Made by a program: the position numbers and the translations under genes. Shown one piece after another: positions 20,279 to 32,964 of a DNA stretch of 64,000 nt. The stretch covers positions 15,105 through 79,104 of the forward strand of contig CDMY01000424.1 in assembly GCA_001179505.1 (NCBI GenBank), read 5' to 3'. Below the pieces are notes generated by a model, which saw only the letters and a list, made by a program, of their open reading frames with translations, did not search any database and had not been told where the DNA came from. The number at the start of each line of letters is the position of its first letter. Within the stretch, counting starts at the first letter, position 1. Source of the stretch: Vitrella brassicaformis CCMP3155 (taxonomy: Eukaryota > Protista > Chromerida).

Positions 20279-23200
20279 ATGGCGAGAGGAAGCCCTCATG
20301 TCACTCCCAGATCTGGGACGAAGATAGTAGGCATGCATTGCTGTTCGTGTGTTGTTGACAAGCCAGAGCTGGCCAATGGGGCCGACAATTCATCGGGTCG
20401 TGCCACACGTGTGTCGGTGTGTGGTGCAGGTTATTATTGGAGGCGTGGCTGGAGGGGCCACTGCGGCTGCTCGACTCCGACGCCTCGATGAGAACTGTCA
20501 AATCGTTATGTTTGAGCGCGGTGAGGAAAAAAAAGAGGCGGGCCGCATGCAGACGAGGGCCACTGACCGATCGGTGTTCGCGTTGCTTTTAGGGCCGTAC
20601 GTGAGCTTCGCCAACTGTGGACTCCCGTAGGCACCAAGGGGCGGACACACGCACATACACAGAGGGTGTGGTGTGCTGTTTGTCTTACCACAGTTACTAC
20701 GTGGGTGGCATCATCGAGAAGGCCGATGACCTGCTGGTGACCACACCCATGCGGCTGGTCCATCGATACAACGTAGGCATGACACCAGAGAGAGAGAGAG
20801 AGAGAGAACGTGGGTCGTGTTGACATTCAAACCGGTTTGTCTGTCTGTGTGTGTGTGTGTGGTCAGGTCGATGTCCGCATCCAGACGGAGGTGATTGGCA
20901 TCGACGCCACAAACAAGACCGTCAAGGCTAAACACATCTCTTCAGGTACAGTAGGAGGAGCACCATCGGGACCAATCTCTCTCCATATCCATCCATCGTG
21001 CACTCACGTGTGTGTGGTCACCGTCAACCAGGCGAGATGTACGAGGAGACGTACGACTATGTGCTCCTGTCCCCCGGTGCCGAGCCGATCCGTCCGCCGC
21101 TTCCCGGCATCGACCTGGGTGGCGTCTTCTCTGTGCGGTCGATCCCCGACGTGCAGCGCATCGTCAGCTGGTGCAAGGACCCGTCGCGCGCTGAGCGCCT
21201 CAAGAAGGGCACTGCCGTCGTGGTTGGCGGCGGCTTCATCGGACTCGAGGTACACACACCGTGACCACCCTGCCGTGTGCATCAGTTTGTATACGGATGG
21301 GTTTGTTTCTGTGAGTGTGCAGATGGCGGAGAATTTGGACCATCTGGGCATGAAAGTCGTGGTGGTAGAAATGCTCCCACAGGTGGGCGGGTGGGCGGAC
21401 ACAGGAGAGGGCACGTGTGGCTGTCTTCCTGTGATGTGTTTCCCACCGTCTGTGTGGATCAGTTGATGCCCCCACTCGATTATGAGGTGCATGATACACA
21501 CACCGACGGCACAGCCACTGTGGATCGGCGAAAGGAGGCATTTGTGCGTCGTGTGCTTGTGTTGTGTGTGCAGATGGCAGTGACGGTTCAGGAGCATGTC
21601 ATTCGTCGCGGCGTGGAGTTGTGTCTCGGAGATGGTGTGGCTGGTTTTGAGCAGATCGACAACACTGACAGGTCAGACCATCTGCAGCCCACCTAAAGTG
21701 GCGCACTTGCGGATTCAGTGTGGCTATGTGTCCTTGGCAGGCTGACCGTCAAGACCAGCAGTGGGCGCGCAATTCCCTGTGATTTGGCCATCCTGTCTAT
21801 CGGCGTCAAGCCTGAGAGCAAACTCGCGCAGATGGCCGGACTCAAACTGGTACGAACACGACACACCTTCGTGCAGCCAGCCTGTCTCTCCGTCTGTGCG
21901 TGTGTGGCTCCACCAGGGTTTCCGGGGCTCCATCATCACTGACGAGCGGATGCGCACGTCAGACCCTTCAATCTATGCGGTTGGCGATGCCGTGCAGATC
22001 AAGGATTTCGTCCTGAAGGTCGACACCCTGGTGCCGCTGGCTGGTCCCGCCAATCGGCAAGCCCGCGTGGCGGCCGACAACATGATGGGCCGAACGGAGA
22101 GCACCTACCGTGGGTGCCAGGGCACGGCCGTGTGTGGTGTGTTTGGGTGGACGCTGGCCATGACGGGCGCCACGCAAAAGACACTCGACAGGCACAACTA
22201 CGGGTCAGTGAGGGTAGCACAATGGATGGATGGATGCGGCACAGCAACACGGACAGATGGATGGACGCAAGTGCGTGTGGATGGATGGTGCGGGCAGGTC
22301 CTACGGCTGTGTTTATGCCCACCCACTCAATCACGTCGGGTAGGAACAGACACACGATCCATTCATTCACTGACTGCTGGTGAGGGGGGCGCTGCTTGAT
22401 GACTTACTGACACGTCAGCTACTACCCGGGTGCCAAGAGCGTCCACATCAAACTGGTCTTCGACACCAAGACACGCAAAGTGCTCGGCGCACAGGTGAGG
22501 GAGGGGGGGAGGGAGGGAGGGAGGGAGGGAGCGAGGCATGCAGATGGGTAGAGAGGTGCGGGATCTGCATATGGCCGGACGTCTGTGGGATTGCTGGTTG
22601 GCTGCTGCAGGCGTGTGGTGTGAGTGGAGTGGAGAAGCGCATCGACGTGCTGTCGACGTACATCCAGATGGGCGCCACAGTGGACGACCTGGCTGAGGCC
22701 GAACTGTGCTATGCCCCACAATATGGCGCTGCCCGCGACCCCATCAACCACATAGGGATGATTGCACAGAACTTCCTCGAGGGCGACTACGCGCCTCAGT
22801 CAACGCCAGGTGGGGTGGGGCGCCTGATGTGAGTGACCCCAAACCACTCCCTCACACACCATCAGCCATCTGGGCTCTGACGATGTTGTGTCTTCAGAGA
22901 CGCTCAAGGAGGGTATCATCCTCGACGTTAGAAGGTGTGAAGACATCCACAAGGCAGCAAGCAAGAAAGAATGAATCATTGTCGGTGTGCGCGTGCGTGT
23001 ATCGGTTGGTTGGCGGTATGTCCGTGTATGCAGCGACAAGGAGATCGACAAGACGCACGAGAAGATTGAGCACTCCATAAGGGTGCCACTCGACTTCCTC
23101 AGAGCCAAAATCGATGAGCTGCCCAAGGGCACACCCATACACGTACACAACACACCCACACACACACACACACAGGGGGCGAGACAGCCCTCGCTCAACT

Positions 23201-25159
23201 CATTCGTTCCTCTCTGTCGGCTGTGTTTGTCGTCCATCCATGCACGATTCAGACTGTGTGTCGGGCGGGCCAGCGTGCCTACGTGGCTTGCAGGATCCTC
23301 CGACAGCTGGGATACAACGCATCGTAAGCNNNNNNNNNNNNNNNNNNNNNNNNNNNNNNNNNNNNNNNNNNNNNNNNNNNNNNNNNNNNNNNNNNNNNNN
23401 NNNNNNNNNNNNNNNNNNNNNNNNNNNNNNNNNNNNNNNNNNNNNNNNNNNNNNNNNNNNNNNNNNNNNNNNNNNNNNNNNNNNNNNNNNNNNNNNNNNN
23501 NNNNNNNNNNNNNNNNNNNNNNNNNNNNNNNNNNNNNNNNNNNNNNNNNNNNNNNNNNNNNNNNNNNNNNNNNNNNNNNNNNNNNNNNNNNNNNNNNNNN
23601 NNNNNNNNNNNNNNNNNNNNNNNNNNNNNGGATGGATGGTGCGGGCAGGTCCTACGGCTGTGTTTATGCCCACCCACTCAATCACGTCGGGTAGGAACAG
23701 ACACACGATCCATTCATTCACTGACTGCTGGTGAGGGGGGCGCTGCTTGATGACTTACTGACACGTCAGCTACTACCCGGGTGCCAAGAGCGTCCACATC
23801 AAACTGGTCTTCGACACCAAGACACGCAAAGTGCTCGGCGCACAGGTGAGGGAGGGGGGGAGGGAGGGAGGGAGGGAGGGAGCGAGGCATGCAGATGGGT
23901 AGAGAGGTGCGGGATCTGCATATGGCCGGACGTCTGTGGGATTGCTGGTTGGCTGCTGCAGGCGTGTGGTGTGAGTGGAGTGGAGAAGCGCATCGACGTG
24001 CTGTCGACGTACATCCAGATGGGCGCCACAGTGGACGACCTGGCTGAGGCCGAACTGTGCTATGCCCCACAATATGGCGCTGCCCGCGACCCCATCAACC
24101 ACATAGGGATGATTGCACAGAACTTCCTCGAGGGCGACTACGCGCCTCAGTCAACGCCAGGTGGGGTGGGGCGCCTGATGTGAGTGACCCCAAACCACTC
24201 CCTCACACACCATCAGCCATCTGGGCTCTGACGATGTTGTGTCTTCAGAGACGCTCAAGGAGGGTATCATCCTCGACGTTAGAAGGTGTGAAGACATCCA
24301 CAAGGCAGCAAGCAAGAAAGAATGAATCATTGTCGGTGTGCGCGTGCGTGTATCGGTTGGTTGGCGGTATGTCCGTGTATGCAGCGACAAGGAGATCGAC
24401 AAGACGCACGAGAAGATTGAGCACTCCATAAGGGTGCCACTCGACTTCCTCAGAGCCAAAATCGATGAGCTGCCCAAGGGCACACCCATACACGTACACA
24501 ACACACCCACACACACACACACACAGGGGGCGAGACAGCCCTCGCTCAACTCATTCGTTCCTCTCTGTCGGCTGTGTTTGTCGTCCATCCATGCACGATT
24601 CAGACTGTGTGTCGGGCGGGCCAGCGTGCCTACGTGGCTTGCAGGATCCTCCGACAGCTGGGATACAACGCATCGTAAGCAGACAGACAGACCCACCGCA
24701 CTGACTCACCCTAAGTAGTTTCGATCCGTGCAACCTTCCTTCCCTCTCTGGTTGATGTTGGAATGGATGGATGCCTGCAGGTACGTGAATGGCGGGTGGC
24801 ACACGTGGAAGGTAAGTAAGACGCCCAGGCTGGCAGGCAGGCAGGCAGGGACGACAGGAGATGCTAATGCGTTCTCACCCACCGACTTGCTGTGTCCATG
24901 TGTCTTTGCATAGGTACTCAACCTCCCGCTCGACAAGCTGTGCGAACGCCCAGAGGCACCTGACGATGACGAGTCCTTCCCAAAAAGCTGGGGTGCCGAC
25001 ATTGAGCTGAGTGGTAAGACAAACAGCACACCACACCCTCTGTGTATGTGCGTGTGTCCGCCCCTTGGTGCTGCCTACGTGTACGTCTGTCTGTTTGTGT
25101 GCGTCTTGTTGATTGCAGGCAAGGATTGCCATGACATGGTCTACCGACGCATTTGGTGA
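20279..25159 (+). CDS. CoA-disulfide/persulfide reductase fused to a C-terminal rhodanese domain (CoADR-RHD / Npsr-like); 3' exons duplicated across the gap by assembly
   Basis: KIVIIGGVAGGATAAARLRRLDE, YVSFANCGLPYYVGG (redox Cys), VVVGGGFIGLEMAE, IYAVGDA, PLAGPANRQAR, YYPGAK, LCYAPQYGAARDPIN, then IILDVR and the rhodanese loop CRAGQRAY..LRQLGY..VNGGW. Confidence 0.93.
23330..23629. other. Scaffold gap (300 N)
   Basis: Run of N. Confidence 1.
23630..24680. repeat. Apparently exact duplicate of 22279-23329 flanking the gap (probable assembly artefact)
   Basis: Constant offset of 1351 bp, identical ORF translations, and I found no mismatches by eye even in microsatellite-containing introns. 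Confidence 0.85.
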
Positions 25160-26119
25160 TGAATGGGGAGGCAGGCATGATTTTTGGCTGACTGCTCTCC
25201 AGGGACAGTTGGGTGGGTGGGTGGATGAGTGGGCGCCACTCACTGGGTGGCTCAGGACTTTGAGCTGTGGGCGCATGGCTGCCTTGGGTGGGTGCTGTGG
25301 GTGCGTGATGGGATGCTGTGCATGCCCCTGCATGCAGGCAGCAGGCTAAGCGGAGAGTGCGTGGGAGGGGGTGGGTGGGTGGGTGACGGTCTTCTTTCTC
25401 TGCACTATTTTTCGTTAGCTTCATTGGGTGACATACATACGTAAAACATACAACCAACAACAGCGTGATGCTCTTGATGATGTTCGCAGAGTCACTCATT
25501 CAGTAACGTACGTATTCAGTAGGTACGTACGTACCGAAGCCATCAAGACATACATACCCAAGCCGGCAAACACCATCCACTCAGTCAGTTCGACTCAACC
25601 ACGGTGGACGACACATCCATCGATGGCGCACAGTGAAACCTGCTAGAAAGGGTCAGGGAGTGGCGTATGTGAACGAGCCACTGAGCTGCTTCTGAGCTAT
25701 GCACACTCTCGCTCATGATTCATGCATAGGGCGACCACCCATGGACATGTTCTTTTCGGCGGATATGCGATGCCGCTGCTAGGCGTACAGTGCCCACAGC
25801 TACCCCACCCGCCACTCGCCCTCCCTGTTCTCGAGCTTTCTCTTCTTCCCCCGCGTCGTCTCTCTCTCTGCAAGCAGAGCCGCCGGCTGCCGCATCATCT
25901 GCCGAAGATGACAACGCCGCCCTGATTGCCAAGCGGGAAGCCGAGGAGGCCGACTATCGGTATGCCGTGATGTTCCAAGAAAAGGCTGATGATGGATGAG
26001 TTGGCAGCCGAGCTTCACAGTGAGGGTCGAACAGAACCGGGCGTAACGACCGTTGTACCGTACAGCCACATGTAAATCTGGTGTGATTTCTGGCGTATAT
26101 ATTTCCCAGTTCAGTGACG

Positions 26120-27829
26120 ATGCCGCGGCTGTGTGTGGCCCTCTTCCTCCTTGCATCGGCTGCCTTCGCCGCAATCGACTTCCTCCCCACTGCCGATCAG
26201 AACGGTAAGCCACGCGGTGTTCTCTCTTGACAACATCCTTGTTGAGCCTTGTGCTTTCTCAGGTGTCAGTGACCATGAGGTCTGTATTATCGGCGCCGGC
26301 CCCTCAGGCGTGGGCGCGGCTCACCACCTCGTGCAAAAGGGCTACTCCAACATCCTGATGCTGGAAAAGCTCGACAGAATCGGCGGCAAATGCAGGGACA
26401 TCGAGCGAGTGGACAACGCGAACGGAAAGCCCGTCAACCGCACCTACCCCCTCGGTCAAATTGTCATCATACGGGACTACGAAGAGATCCGCGAGCTCGC
26501 CGACATCTACGGTCAGAAATTCGAACTGTTCGCGTTGGGTGTGCCGCAAGACTTCTACGTCGACTTCAACGCCAAACCGCTGTTCACCCCTGCTCCACCC
26601 TCATGGCCCACCATCGCCAGCTTCAGCCCCCTCGAACTCAACAGCATCGAGGACATCGAGGAGATCACGGTGGCCCTCACCGCCGCTACGGCGTATACGG
26701 CCATATGGAAGTCTTACGTCGCCATTGACGAGAAGACCGGCGAGCCGGATCCAAAGCGACCTCTCGGCGATGAGCCGACTCTTTCATCCATCGACTTCGA
26801 CCGCTACCCAGAGCTTGCCGACCCGGCCAACAAGTTCATTGCAGACCGCTTCACAGAGTACGGCCTCGGTCCGAAGCACATCGAGTTCATGCAGAGAGCC
26901 CAATTCCCGCTGGAAGCGTCCGGCTACCTTTCTGCCGATTTCACTCCGATGGCGTATTTCTTCAAGGCCTTCACGCCACCTCTGCTGGTGGAGGGTGTAT
27001 TGGGCACCATTCAAAGAATAGTCGGAGGCTGTACAGCGCTTCTGGAGGCCATGGTGGACACGCTGTCTGCCAAGGGAAAGCTAGAGGTCTTGCTCAGTGC
27101 GGAGATCGTCAACACTGTGCGAGAGCCCGATCAGCCGTCACTGGTCCAGCTGTCGGACGGCACTGAAAGAACCTGCGATCGGATCATCGTAGCGTTTCCT
27201 CAGATCACGGCGGACATGCAGTTTTTGGACTTGGACGAGGAGGAGAGCGATGTGTTCGGGAGAGTTTTCATCGCGCCATACGCCTCCACGCTTCTGGACT
27301 TCTCGTACGAGAAAATGCCCAATACCAAGAGCTCCAGGCTATATGGCAATCTCGATACGTCGGTCGAGCCTCACGCTTATCGATCAGTCGTCGGTAAAGG
27401 CCAGCCGGCGGTGATAGCCGCACCTTACGGTTCGCAGGCAGGAGCCGGCCTTCTGATCTACCAGAGTTATGATCGACAGCAGGGACTTTGGAACGAGACG
27501 CTTAAGCAGGACAGCGTGCAGATCGTGACGGACATGTTCTTCGACGGCGATGCGAGTGAGTACAAGGCCAACTTGACCGAAGTCGACTTTTGGACCTACG
27601 TGAGTATTCATTCAAAGGGAGAGGGACCCCATCATCTGTTCACACTTTGTATCCTTCCTGCATGCAGTTTCCCCACGTGAGTGGCGAAGAGATGCGGGCG
27701 GGCTTCTACCAACGGCTGGAGGCGCTGCAGGGCAACAGGAAGACCTACTTCACAGGCGGGCTGTGCAACTTCGACACCCTCGAGCTTTCCATGCTCTACA
27801 GCCGACACCTGGTTAAGACATACTTCTGA
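26120..27829 (+). CDS. Secreted FAD-dependent oxidoreductase of the polyunsaturated fatty acid isomerase (PAI/PFI)-like family
   Basis: Signal peptide MPRLCVALFLLASAAFA, then IIGAGPSG..LEKLDRIGGKC. The C-terminus FWTYFPHVSGEEMRAGFYQRLEALQGNRKTYFTGG..F..LE....YSRHLVKTYF closely follows the P. acnes PAI C-terminal pattern as I recall it. Exons are about 26120-26204, 26263-27599 and 27667-27829. Confidence 0.7.
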
Positions 27830-30126
27830 GTTTGCATGACAGCGCCCACTCGCTACCAGAGAAAAGGTACGCATGCTCACACACACACACACACACACAC
27901 TCATATAGATCCGTGTCTCACATACTTGTCATCTGTCTCTCTCTCTCTGCGCCTGTGTGTATGGGGTAGATTTGGAGTTTTATGACATCATTCTTGATCC
28001 AGATGAGACAGAGGGCGTTTTGCTCCGGCCAGATGTGTGTGTGTGTGTGTGTGTGTGTGTGAGCAGCCCCCCGATAGGGGACGCTCGATTTAGTTGCGCA
28101 CCGACACAGGATTGGGAGCCTCTTTTGAGGCCCCGCAACTCCTGTGCCGGGGACCAGGGCGGTCATGCCGGCAGTTCCCTGGATTTGTTCGGGAGGGGGG
28201 GGCCCCCCTGGATGGAGGGCGATGGTTTGCATGCATAGCATGCTGCCGGTGCCCAACCACCCTTGTTCTGCTTTGTTTTCTTGGTTGTGTCTCTTTCGTT
28301 CTCATGTCTCTTGTTTGTCTGCCTCGTGTCTCATGTTTGCCTGTCTTTTCGGGGTGTTTTTCCGTGCATGTGTCTGTGATCGTCCTTCCTGCCTTCTGTT
28401 TGTTTTCTTTACCTCAGTCCTTGTTTGTTTGTTTGTTTGTTTGTTTGTTCACAAGACATTCTCACTTCAACCGTTCTCATGCGGCCCCCTCATGGCTTGC
28501 CTGTCCATTATGGTGTGGGTTTGGTTGGTGCTGAAGGCCTACCTGTTTGATAGAGGTGCTGACCGGGCTGGACCGCGGATGTGTGTGTGATACCCCGCCA
28601 CCGTTCGTGTGGCTGCAGACACACAGGGATGGCTCTGGTCGGTCTTTCTTTAAAGCTTTCGTGCACCCCTTTTTTACCTCTCTGCGTACGTACACCTGTG
28701 TGTGGGTGTGTGCGGGTGTGTGTGGGTGTGTGCGTGTATACATGTGGTCAACATGTGTGCACGCACTTCTCTCTCTGTTTCTGGCCCATGTGTCTCTCTC
28801 GGTGCCACTTCGTGTGTGTCAGTATGTATGATGCATGTGCATAGCTCTTGATGTGATGGTGGACGATGCCTAGCAGCAGGTACTGGTCGCTGGCCTTCTC
28901 TGTGGGCCCGGGCTGCTGATGGTCTGCGGTTGGTTGGTTGGTTCAGGTTCATGTGCCTGGCTGCTGAGAGAGGCCCCGTCCGTTGTCTCCCTGCATGTGT
29001 GCATGTTTGCATGTGTGTGTCTCTGTGTGTGTGTGATGCCTCCCTCGGACAAGACAGTTGTCGAAAGGATGCATGCATGCATGAGTGGATGTGTGTCTGA
29101 TAGCTGGGGAGGTGAGTGAGGTCAGGCGGGGCCTCGTATGTATTGATTGTGTCTTTTGTGGGCGGTGTGGTGATGCAATTCATACATAATGATAGCCAAT
29201 CCGTTGCGACTGACTTGAGACGCCTAATATATCTTTTGAGGTGCTCGCCCACACATACATACATACATACACCGCACCCGCTCGCCCGCCCGCCCGCCTC
29301 GTCCACTAAAAAGTGACGACCGGCCGGCTGGCTGGCTGCCGTGATTGATTGATGGGTGGATGCGTACATATATACATACAGACATAAATACCCCCACCCT
29401 TTTGTCCGTGTGTTGCATGTGTGTACGTGTCATGTGTGTGTACTTTCTCTCTCTCCGTGCCGTGCTACTTTTGCAAGCTTGTAGCGATCTTGCCTGTCTC
29501 TCTGCCTGCCAGGAAGGAGGGCCCGACCTACATACATACATACATGTCTGTCCGTCTCTCTGTCTGTCTGTCTGTCTGGCTGGCTGTTTTCAGGCTGAAT
29601 TATACAAGGGGGCAGAGGGCCGGACGGGAAGGAAAGGCAGAGCACAGCCACCCCACCAGAGAGACCCCCGCACACAATACACACACCGCACGAAATAGCG
29701 TACGTACATACTGGCAGACAGGCACTACCCATCCCTCCCCCATACCCACACAAACACGGCTCTCATTAGAGCAGCCGCATAGCAGCACCGAAATCGATTG
29801 GGGTAGTTGTGGGTGGGGATGGGTCGTGAACTTCTCCATCGACCTGTGTGCATGTTTTGTGGGTGTGTTGGTGCGTCGTACGGTGGTGCATGTTGTGTGT
29901 GTGTGTGCCTGCCTTTAAGCCGACTTCGTCGCTCGCTTCTCTTGGCTGGGGGAGTGGAGGAGAGGAGGCCCCAATCGATGGCCATCTCGTTCACTCAACC
30001 GCCCGCAGCCGACTGACCTCACCTCATCTCACCTATCTGTCTGTCATGTCAGCGGCCCTCCTGGCTGTCTCTTTCCCTGCCTTTCCCTACATGTGTTGAT
30101 GGATGTTCGTATGTGTGGGGGGTCTT

Positions 30127-30471
30127 GGTGGACTTTCACTCTGTCTACGATGGAGGGAAGTTGACCGAGTCGGCCTGTTGGTTGGGAGCGCTGTGCTCTT
30201 GTGCTGCTGTGGTGTCTTGTCTGTGGCCTTTTCTGAGAGAGAGAGAGAGAGAGAGGGAGAGAGGAAGGAGTGTCTGTCTGCTTGCCTGTTCACCTGTTTG
30301 TCCGTTGTCATGCCATTGGTTATCTCATGCTCATACGAGGGTCGCAAGTGGCCCAGCCACCGAAAGCACCATCAAAACATGCTGCTGCGATTGACTGGGG
30401 CCCTCTCTCCCTCACCCCATCCATTCACCACCAACACCTTTTGTAAGATAGCTCACGTACTCTCTCACGTG
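30127..30471. repeat. About 345-bp non-coding direct repeat, copy 1
   Basis: Near-identical to 31251-31594, including the (GA)n tract. Confidence 0.9.
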
Positions 30472-31026
30472 CTTTCCCCACACACAGGACACATCACACC
30501 ACACCAGAGAGGCGTATGCATGTGCGTGCCGTGCTAAATTGACTGACCGGCTGGCCGTGCGTGGCGTGGCGTGGCGTGGCGTGGCGTGGATGGATGGATG
30601 GATAGGACGTATATGCGATCGAATGATGGATGGCCCAGCTGTCGGTGCCCTCCACCTGTGGCAGGGTGGCGTCACGCGCTGCCACACACCGTGCTGAGAG
30701 GCGTCGTTTGTCTGTTGGTATTTGGTGTGGCGGCACGGAGCTTTCTTTCTCGGAGACCGTCGCCAGGGAGGGCGGTTTGGCTGCTGAGTGGTGGGTCGGT
30801 GCATGCAGGGATGAACATACATACATACATGCATACATGCATACTTACACACCACACAGGGGTGGGTGAGAGGATGGGTGGGTGGACGCCAGAACATGAC
30901 ACGAGACGCGCAGGCAGGGGCAATGTGGGCGTGTGTGCCGGGGGGTGACACAGCAAACTGAGCGGTTCTGTCTGGATGAACCGCCAACTTTTTGAGCATG
31001 TCGCAACACACGGGTAGATTTGACTG

Positions 31027-31083
31027 CCATGGACTACAGCCGATAGATACCTGGTTGAGACATACTTCTGAGTTCGCATGACA
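31027..31083 (+). pseudogene. Relic of the 3' end (last codons, stop and start of 3' UTR) of the PAI-like gene
   Basis: ccatggactacagccgatagatacctggttgagacatacttctgagttcgcatgaca versus 27789-27841 ccatgctctacagccgacacctggttaagacatacttctgagtttgcatgaca. Confidence 0.75.
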
Positions 31084-31250
31084 TATACATACATATGCAA
31101 ATGTGTTGTACATACAAAGCTGCGTACATCCACGTGTGTGTGAGACTCGATCTACTATGCTCTTCCTGACCGGATGGCTGGCTGGCTGGCTGACTTACAC
31201 ACTCGATTGGAGTGTGTGAGATGAGTCGAGTAACACGTGTTTGTGGGGTG

Positions 31251-31594
31251 GTGGACTTTCACTCTGTCTACGATGGAGGGAAGTTGACCGAGTCGGCCTG
31301 TTGGTTGGGAGCGCTGTGCTCTTGTGCTGCTGTGGTGTCTTGTCTGTGGCCTTTTCTGAGAGAGAGAGAGAGAGAGAGGGAGAGAGGAGGGAGTGTCTGT
31401 CTGGTTGCCTGTTCACCTGTTTGTCCGTTGTCATGCCATTGGTTATCTCATGCTCATACGAGGGTCGCAAGTGGCCCAGCCACCGAAAGCACCATCAAAA
31501 CATGCTGCTGCGATTGACTGGGGCCCTCTCTCCCTCACCCCATCCATTCACCAGCCACACCTTTTGTAAGATAGCTCACGTACTATCTCACGTG
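31251..31594. repeat. About 345-bp non-coding direct repeat, copy 2
   Basis: Near-identical to 30127-30471. Confidence 0.9.
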
Positions 31595-32664
31595 TTTGTA
31601 ATTGGCGTGGCGTGGATGGATGGATAGGAGCTCACTCACCTAGGGATGCCCAGTGGGGAGTGAGTGAAGAGAGGGTCCTGATTGATGGTGGGTGAGTGAG
31701 GGACACAGAATATGCCTGGTGAGGGCCATGGCCATCTCGTTCACTCAACCCCCCATTTCAGTTGCTGATGGTTAAAATTCGTCATCGATGGTGGTGCGCG
31801 TGTTGCGACTACTGACAGATGGGATACATGGTGTTGACGGCAGACTTGTGTCCATATACGTGTGTGTCTGAAGGCCATGATGATTGGTCCTTGCATGGAT
31901 CCATGCACCGTGTGTGATCATGCACACAACACCCATACGGACACACACAGGCCGACGTGCCAGGCTTGGCAACCCTGGCTGGCCACACGAGCCCATGCGA
32001 TCCTCAGCCGAGCCCGCGGCTGGGGCTCGAACACACCCAAATTCTACCACTAGACACCCTGACTGGCTACAGATGCTCGGATGGACACATCGATGTATCT
32101 AGAGACACCCAGATCGGATCAGACAGACACGCACTGTATGTGGTGTGCTGTTGGCTTATCACGGGGTCTCAGGCCATCACAGCCGCACCGCTACAAGTAG
32201 TGTGTGAGAAGAATGTAGTTGATACAGTCTGTCTGTCTGCCTGCCTCGCCTCGGCGCACACCGACATGCACCGAAATGACCGACAAAAACGACTTAGGGT
32301 GTAGGGTTTGGGCAGCCACTCATCCATACACTCGAGTAACCAATATCGATACACTCCACTCCATCCATCCATCCATCCAAACAAACAAATTAACAAACAA
32401 ACAAAAAACAAACAGGACGCACACAGACAGCGAGATAGAGAGAGAGACAGACAGACACGGACGAACAAAGACAAGAGACCCACTCCCCCCCTCCCACACC
32501 CTCATGTAATGGCACGAACGGGTGCACAGGCGAAAGAGGCCGGCAACAGCGAATGGAGCGATCAATAGACTCGTACGCACAGCCGGGCAGACAGACAGGG
32601 AGACAGACAGACAGATTAGATACACTATCACTCTTTGTCTGCCCGGCCTACGTGCAATACATGC

Positions 32665-32964
32665 NNNNNNNNNNNNNNNNNNNNNNNNNNNNNNNNNNNN
32701 NNNNNNNNNNNNNNNNNNNNNNNNNNNNNNNNNNNNNNNNNNNNNNNNNNNNNNNNNNNNNNNNNNNNNNNNNNNNNNNNNNNNNNNNNNNNNNNNNNNN
32801 NNNNNNNNNNNNNNNNNNNNNNNNNNNNNNNNNNNNNNNNNNNNNNNNNNNNNNNNNNNNNNNNNNNNNNNNNNNNNNNNNNNNNNNNNNNNNNNNNNNN
32901 NNNNNNNNNNNNNNNNNNNNNNNNNNNNNNNNNNNNNNNNNNNNNNNNNNNNNNNNNNNNNNNN
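32665..32964. other. Scaffold gap (300 N)
   Basis: Run of N. Confidence 1.

Noticed and set aside
22279-24680. Tandem duplication of the dimerisation and rhodanese exons of CoADR-RHD (apparent double-rhodanese protein)
   Set aside because: The copies look base-identical, including introns, and are separated by a standard 300-N gap. This is typical of unmerged overlapping contig ends.
25790-25999. Short ORF MPTATPP...EADYRYAVMFQEKADDG upstream of the PAI-like gene
   Set aside because: It could be a small gene or terminal exon, but I found no recognisable motif or confident splice partners.
17805-27829. Bacterial contamination explaining the bacterial-type SQR, CoADR-RHD and PAI genes
   Set aside because: All three carry spliceosomal introns of the same microsatellite style as the neighbouring eukaryotic genes.
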